Below are positions 21,205-26,599 of a stretch of DNA of 26,599 nt, piece by piece. This DNA comes from Octopus sinensis (lineage: Eukaryota). A program made the translations under genes and the position numbers. How positions within the stretch are numbered: the first letter of the stretch is position 1; every line of letters begins with the position of its first letter. A model generated the notes under the pieces. The model made no database searches and was not told the origin of the DNA. It saw only the letters and a list, made by a program, of their open reading frames with translations. The stretch lies in contig NW_021834140.1 in assembly GCF_006345805.1 (NCBI RefSeq), positions 1 to 26,599 on the forward strand. The letters run 5' to 3'.

Positions 21205-21525
21205 TTCGACTTAACATAGGGTCGTTTAACAGCTCAGAGATATGTGATCTCTTTGGCGTATACGTATGAGAGACATCTAAAAAGAAATTCACAACAGTAG
21301 ATTTAGGCTTATATAGAGATGACCAGCTGGTTATATACCCAGCACACCAATGAACATGCATTAGCTACACACAGAAAAATCAGTCTAATAGATTCTTACA
21401 AAATTTCGCCCTGAAAACAATTCGCTAAGGATTGTAAATCTTTTAGACGCTACCCTCAGCCCGCTCATAGACAAATGCCAACTATATTGCAAATCTAATG
21501 AAAAATATACATATATCAATATATA
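21205..21525 (+). pseudogene. Penelope-like element reverse transcriptase fragment
   Basis: Manual translation across frameshifts: FDLT..GSFNSSEICDLFGVY...VDLGLYRDDQLVI (YRDD at 21312-21323)...IVNLLDATL...YINIY, matching the FDVTMGS-DGAE-C-L-G / GLYRDDGL / VNFLDVT motif order of PLE RTs. Confidence 0.75.
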
Positions 21526-21764
21526 ATACAAAAAAAATTAATTCGAGACATAAATACTTATATATTAAATTTTTAAATATTTTATTCTGTTTTAATATAC
21601 TGTATTTTAGTACATGTATGTCGAATGTTTTTTTTAATTTAGTTTGCCTGTATATTACATTAAGTTCTATCGTTCTAAGCCTAGTTTATCGAGCACTTTA
21701 CTAGATTCCTTCTCCAGAGCTGCTTGCCAAATGTATTTTGAATAATTATATACATAAATACATA

Positions 21765-21950
21765 GATGTATATATGTATATATATATATATACATGCATG
21801 TATGTATGCATGTATGTATGTAAGTATATATGTATGTATGTATGTATGTATATATGTATGTATGTATGTGTGTGCCTGTATATTACATAAACACACACAC
21901 ATATATACGCCCTTATATATATGTGTGTGTATGTGTGCATACACAAATGC
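21765..21950. repeat. (TA)n/(ATGT)n/(CA)n compound microsatellite
   Basis: Seen directly. Confidence 0.9.
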
Positions 21951-22644
21951 AATCATACTTACGTAACGTAGCTTAATCTTTAATAGAAAACGAAAAATTG
22001 TAATCTTTTAATAAAGCAGAACATTATACATTATGCTTAAGTAAATGAAAAGATAATCCTTTTATAACAATAAGAATATTACACACACACACATACAGAC
22101 ACACATACACATACACACGCACACAAACACATACATATATTTATATATACACATACTTTCGATAATTCCCTTGAAAATGTTGTTTTCAACTCAACTTTTA
22201 TTAAATTCTGTATTCTTTTTAATGCGAACCTGTTTCAATACTGAGTCATTCTTATAATTTAAAATGTCTGTTGTTGTCAATTAAGTCGACTTGACTCTAT
22301 TATATCTATTTTACCGATTGGGGCGGGGGATGAGGTGGAGGGTCAATTGATTTTAATTCTTTGTGCTGAAGAATTGGTTGTGCACATGGTTTGCGCAAGA
22401 TCTCACTGAAACCAGTGGGATCAACGCAGTTGCTGTTCCTCTTGAAATGCTGTAAAATCAACGGATGCAGGAAAAAAAACCCTGAAGAAACAACAGTGCA
22501 AAGAGGGAACTCCAGAGGACTAGAGTTCTGAGGAAGAAGGATTGGGGGTGTAGTAAATTCTGGACCTGGATTAGGGGATACAAGATGCCCTAAGTTGGGA
22601 AACCAGATCAGTTAAGTCCGAGAAATAGAGACTAGTGCAATGAT

Positions 22645-22769
22645 GCATACACAGACACATACACATACGCAGGCACACCCACATACGCGCACTCACATGC
22701 GTATATAAGTACACATACACATTTATATACATATGTACGCTGAACTCTCACACACTTAGTTTTATGTAG

Positions 22770-22863
<94 letters not shown>

Positions 22864-23130
22864 GCACACAGACACATATTTAATACGTACATATATATGT
22901 ATGTGCACACACACAGATATACACACAGACGCACACACACACGCATGCCCACACACGCACACTCACATGTATATATAAGAACATAAACACACATATATGC
23001 TTATGTAAACTGAAGTATCACACACTTAGTTTTATGTAGATATATCTATCTGTCTATCTTTGCGCGCACACACACACACATACATACATTTAATAGCACA
23101 TATATATGTACACACACATATACACGAAGA
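22645..23130. repeat. Diverged local tandem duplication containing (ATCT)n
   Basis: CACACACTTAGTTTTATGTAGAT at 22749-22771 and 23019-23041, plus shared CACTCACATG..TATATAAG and CTATCTTTGC blocks. Confidence 0.8.
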
Positions 23131-23236
23131 CATACACACGTACATACATATAACTAAATGATAATGCTTCGTTAATTTGAACTCATCCCAGTGAGTCGTT
23201 AACTGACCCGAGACTGTAAACTCGTTTTGGCTCTTA

Positions 23237-23322
23237 AAACAACAACAACAACGAAGACGACGACGACGGCGGTAGCAACAACAACAACAACAGCAACAAC
23301 AACAACAGCAACAACAACAACA
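23237..23322. repeat. (ACA)n/(ACG)n trinucleotide repeat
   Basis: Seen directly; explains the poly-Thr ORF 23227-23484. Confidence 0.95.
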
Positions 23323-24214
23323 AAATCAAAAATCCAGTTCGTTTACTTTTTACCACTAGTTCGTAAAGAGAAACACATTAACGTTATGCAATCTTATTCT
23401 TTCACCTATAAATGTGTGTCTTTTTGCCTAAATAAGAAATCTGTGTTTTGTATGAGTCCAAGACAGAAATCAATATCAAAGTAATGTCCTATATTATACA
23501 GAACAGAAATACTAACGTAAGACACAGCATATATATATATATATATATATAACCATATATATATAAAGACACACACACACATATATATAAACAACACACT
23601 AATGGCAACACACAGCTAATAACAGCTTTATACCGAATGCAACGCATAAAATGTACAACACACTTAACAATACGAATGAAATGTATTGCGTCATAAGAAC
23701 ATAATAAACTACATACAAATGTTTAAACAAAGAAAATGGCTGCAAAGACGTTACGACGATGAAATTGATTATAATAAATGACATTTACAAAACTTTTTCA
23801 GCTTGCATATGCTAACCTACTATTAGCTACATAGCAACCAGCTTATTAACAACTTACTACATACATGTTTACACATTATATAACATAATAAGAGAAAAAT
23901 ATCTAAACAGCATTATTGCAACGTTTGTTTTTTTTTTGTGCTTGATTTGCACGATTCTTGATGTAAACTTCTCTGTTGGAATATATTTCCCTGTATCTCA
24001 GGTGGGTCATTATGCCAATGATAAACATATTCACAGGTTCTATTTCACTTCTTTATTTTCACATTTGCTAATTGGTTAACTGTTTAAGCAATTGACTAAT
24101 CGATTCTTTGATTAATCGTTCAGTAAATCAGTTAGTGTTTCAAAGTCGTTTCGTTGCCATTCGTAATTCATTGATCTTAATATAAAGCCAGATAAATAAA
24201 AAAAAAAAAAAATT

Positions 24215-24526
24215 GGCATTCCGTCGGTTACGACAACGAACGTTCCAGTTGATTAGATCAATGGAACAGTCTGCCATGAAACTGACGTGCAAGTGGCTGA
24301 GCACTCCTCAGACTCGCATACCCTTAACTCAGGGAAATTCAGTGTGACACAGAATGCGACAAGGCCGGCCTTTTGAATTACAGGTACTACTCATTTTTGA
24401 CAGCTGAGTGGACTGGAACAACGTGAAATAAAGTGTTTTACTCAATGGCACCATGCGCCGCTGGGAATAGAACTCACGATCGTAAGGTCGTGAGCCGAAT
24501 ACCCTAAGCATTGAGCCACGTGCCAT
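24215..24526 (-). mobile_element. CORE-like SINE family C
   Basis: Reverse complement aligns to 17957-18277 from head GGCACGTGGCTC to tail CCGACGGAATGCC. Confidence 0.88.
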
Positions 24527-24585
24527 ATGAATGTTCTCACACTGGATCGTGTTGTTGCTACTGTTATCATTTGTATCAATGAAAG

Positions 24586-24745
24586 GGATATAGTTGACAG
24601 GATTAGTAGAAGGATATAGTTGACAAGATTAGTAGAAGATTATAGAAGGATATAGTTGACAGGATTAGTAGAAGGATATAGAAGGATATAGTTGACTGGA
24701 TTAGTAGAAGGATATAGAAGGATATAGTTGAGAGGATTGATAGAA
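24586..24745. repeat. Minisatellite, 5 copies of 26-bp GGATATAGTTGACAGGATTAGTAGAA with 10-bp inserts
   Basis: Units counted by eye; GGATATAGAA-type 10-mers follow units 2-4. Confidence 0.92.
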
Positions 24746-24959
24746 TATGTCTTGTGATATTAAATGACAGTATCATTACGTGCTCAGTTTATTATTACTA
24801 TTGTTCTTTAGTTCCAGATCAGTTTTTGATTTAGTAGACCTTTGCGCCACAGTCCACCCACGGCTGTATTATGAAATACATATTTCTTTTCTAAAATGGT
24901 AGGATGGGATTTAAGGGAATTTAAACTGTTATTTCTTTTATTTTCCTCCTTAACTTTTC

Positions 24960-24992
24960 TTCCGATGAAGTACCAGCTTTCGAAACGTCAAA
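24960..24992 (+). ncRNA. Degenerate hammerhead-like motif
   Basis: CCGAUGA(24962-24968)-AG...C-GAAA(24982-24985)-CGUC. U4 is replaced by C; stems I and II are weak. Confidence 0.3.
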
Positions 24993-25414
24993 ACTCCATT
25001 CTTTCTTTAATCGTTAATCAAATACGACACTTGTTACTTGTCTTTCTTGTTTTGTCACTCTCGTGTTTGCCTGCTATATTTAGCATGTCAAGCGACCACA
25101 GAGAAAAATTTGTTCATTGGCTCATTAGAATTATGCTGTTTTTGTCATTGAAATAGCAAAGTTGAAACCATAAAGCTCTTGGAGATTTCGCTATGTGTTG
25201 AATTTGCTTGTTTTAGTGGCACCTAAAACATTGTTGCTGATATAACTACAAGAGTTTTATTGTTCTTGTTGTTACTGTTATTGTTGTTGTCGTTGTTGTT
25301 GTTGCTGTTAATCCTTAATTTATTTTCAGTTTCGGTTTGTTAACCTAGTTTCTAGAGGAACTGAGATGAAGTAAGCTGTATATAACATTCAATAAAAGCA
25401 TGGAAGAGAGACGG

Positions 25415-25920
<506 letters not shown>

Positions 25921-26599
25921 AAATGAGTCAGAGGTTGGTTTGAGGATTCAATAAAGAAGCAAAATGGCTGAACAATAAAAACGAAAAAAAAAAAATACTG
26001 AAATGAAAGAAAACAATAGTAAATGTAAAAAGAAAGAAAAAAAAATGAAATGAAGGAAAACAGTAAATGACAAAAGTGTATAAAAGTATAGATAAAAAAA
26101 AAATCAAGCTAAATAATAGTAAAGGAAAACAATAAAATAAATAATGAAAAATACATAGAAAAAAAAGAAAAACATTAAAAAAATTTTTGAAGAAGATTTG
26201 CAATATAGCCCTAACTTTTAAGCCAATAGCGGAAGGAATATAGTGATGAGGGGGAGGTAAATGTGCAAGTCGAACTGGCAGTTGCATCAAAGACTAAAAA
26301 AGAGCAATAAGAAAGCAATGAAAAACAAAACCCGAAAAAAAACAAAAACCGAAAGAATAAATAAATAAGTTAAAATGAAAAGAAATAAAACAGAAGTTCT
26401 TGCTTCTTGTAATCCAACTTAAAATGCCCAGAGATATCAAAATGTCACGATGGTTAACAATCCGATCACATATTGCCTAGCAACAGCTCCCCAATCACTG
26501 AACTGTTAGATATGGCTGCGTATATATATATATATACCATGCACATATATATACTATATATACCCATGCATGTATGTATACATACATACATACATATAT

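Noticed and set aside
22350-22600. GC-richer unique block with open frames on both strands (e.g. ...WIRGYKMP*)
   Set aside because: No frame has both convincing splice sites and a recognisable family. It also shows that short kinase-like words arise by chance.
24586-24745. CRISPR-like regular repeat
   Set aside because: The intervening sequences are absent or near-identical 10-mers derived from the unit; there are no unique spacers or cas genes, and the context is eukaryotic.

Overview
This is AT-rich, microsatellite-saturated animal genomic DNA, not prokaryotic. The SINE families and repeat landscape point to an octopus or other cephalopod; that is recognition from memory, not a database result. 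No intact host gene can be supported, and almost every listed ORF is a simple-repeat artefact or a transposon fragment. Supportable content: (i) a decayed L1/Tx1-type LINE on the minus strand (8116-11630), with an ORF1 zinc knuckle and an ORF2 carrying APE endonuclease, RT and a C-terminal Cys/His motif, internally deleted; (ii) a full-length dead mariner (19640-20913) with TIRs and TA duplication; (iii) a Penelope-like RT remnant (21205-21525); (iv) more than ten tRNA-derived SINE copies of about four families; (v) MITE and foldback elements. The most interesting signals are not in the ORF track. They are a complete minimal type-I hammerhead ribozyme fold at 4980-5025, two degenerate hammerhead-like motifs with different stem II sequences (12474-12504, 24960-24992), a cluster of long inverted repeats at 12940-14300 including a 136-bp-arm hairpin with only 3 mismatches, a promoter-like ETS/CCAAT/YY1 motif cluster at about 5344-5423, and a few isolated candidate exons.
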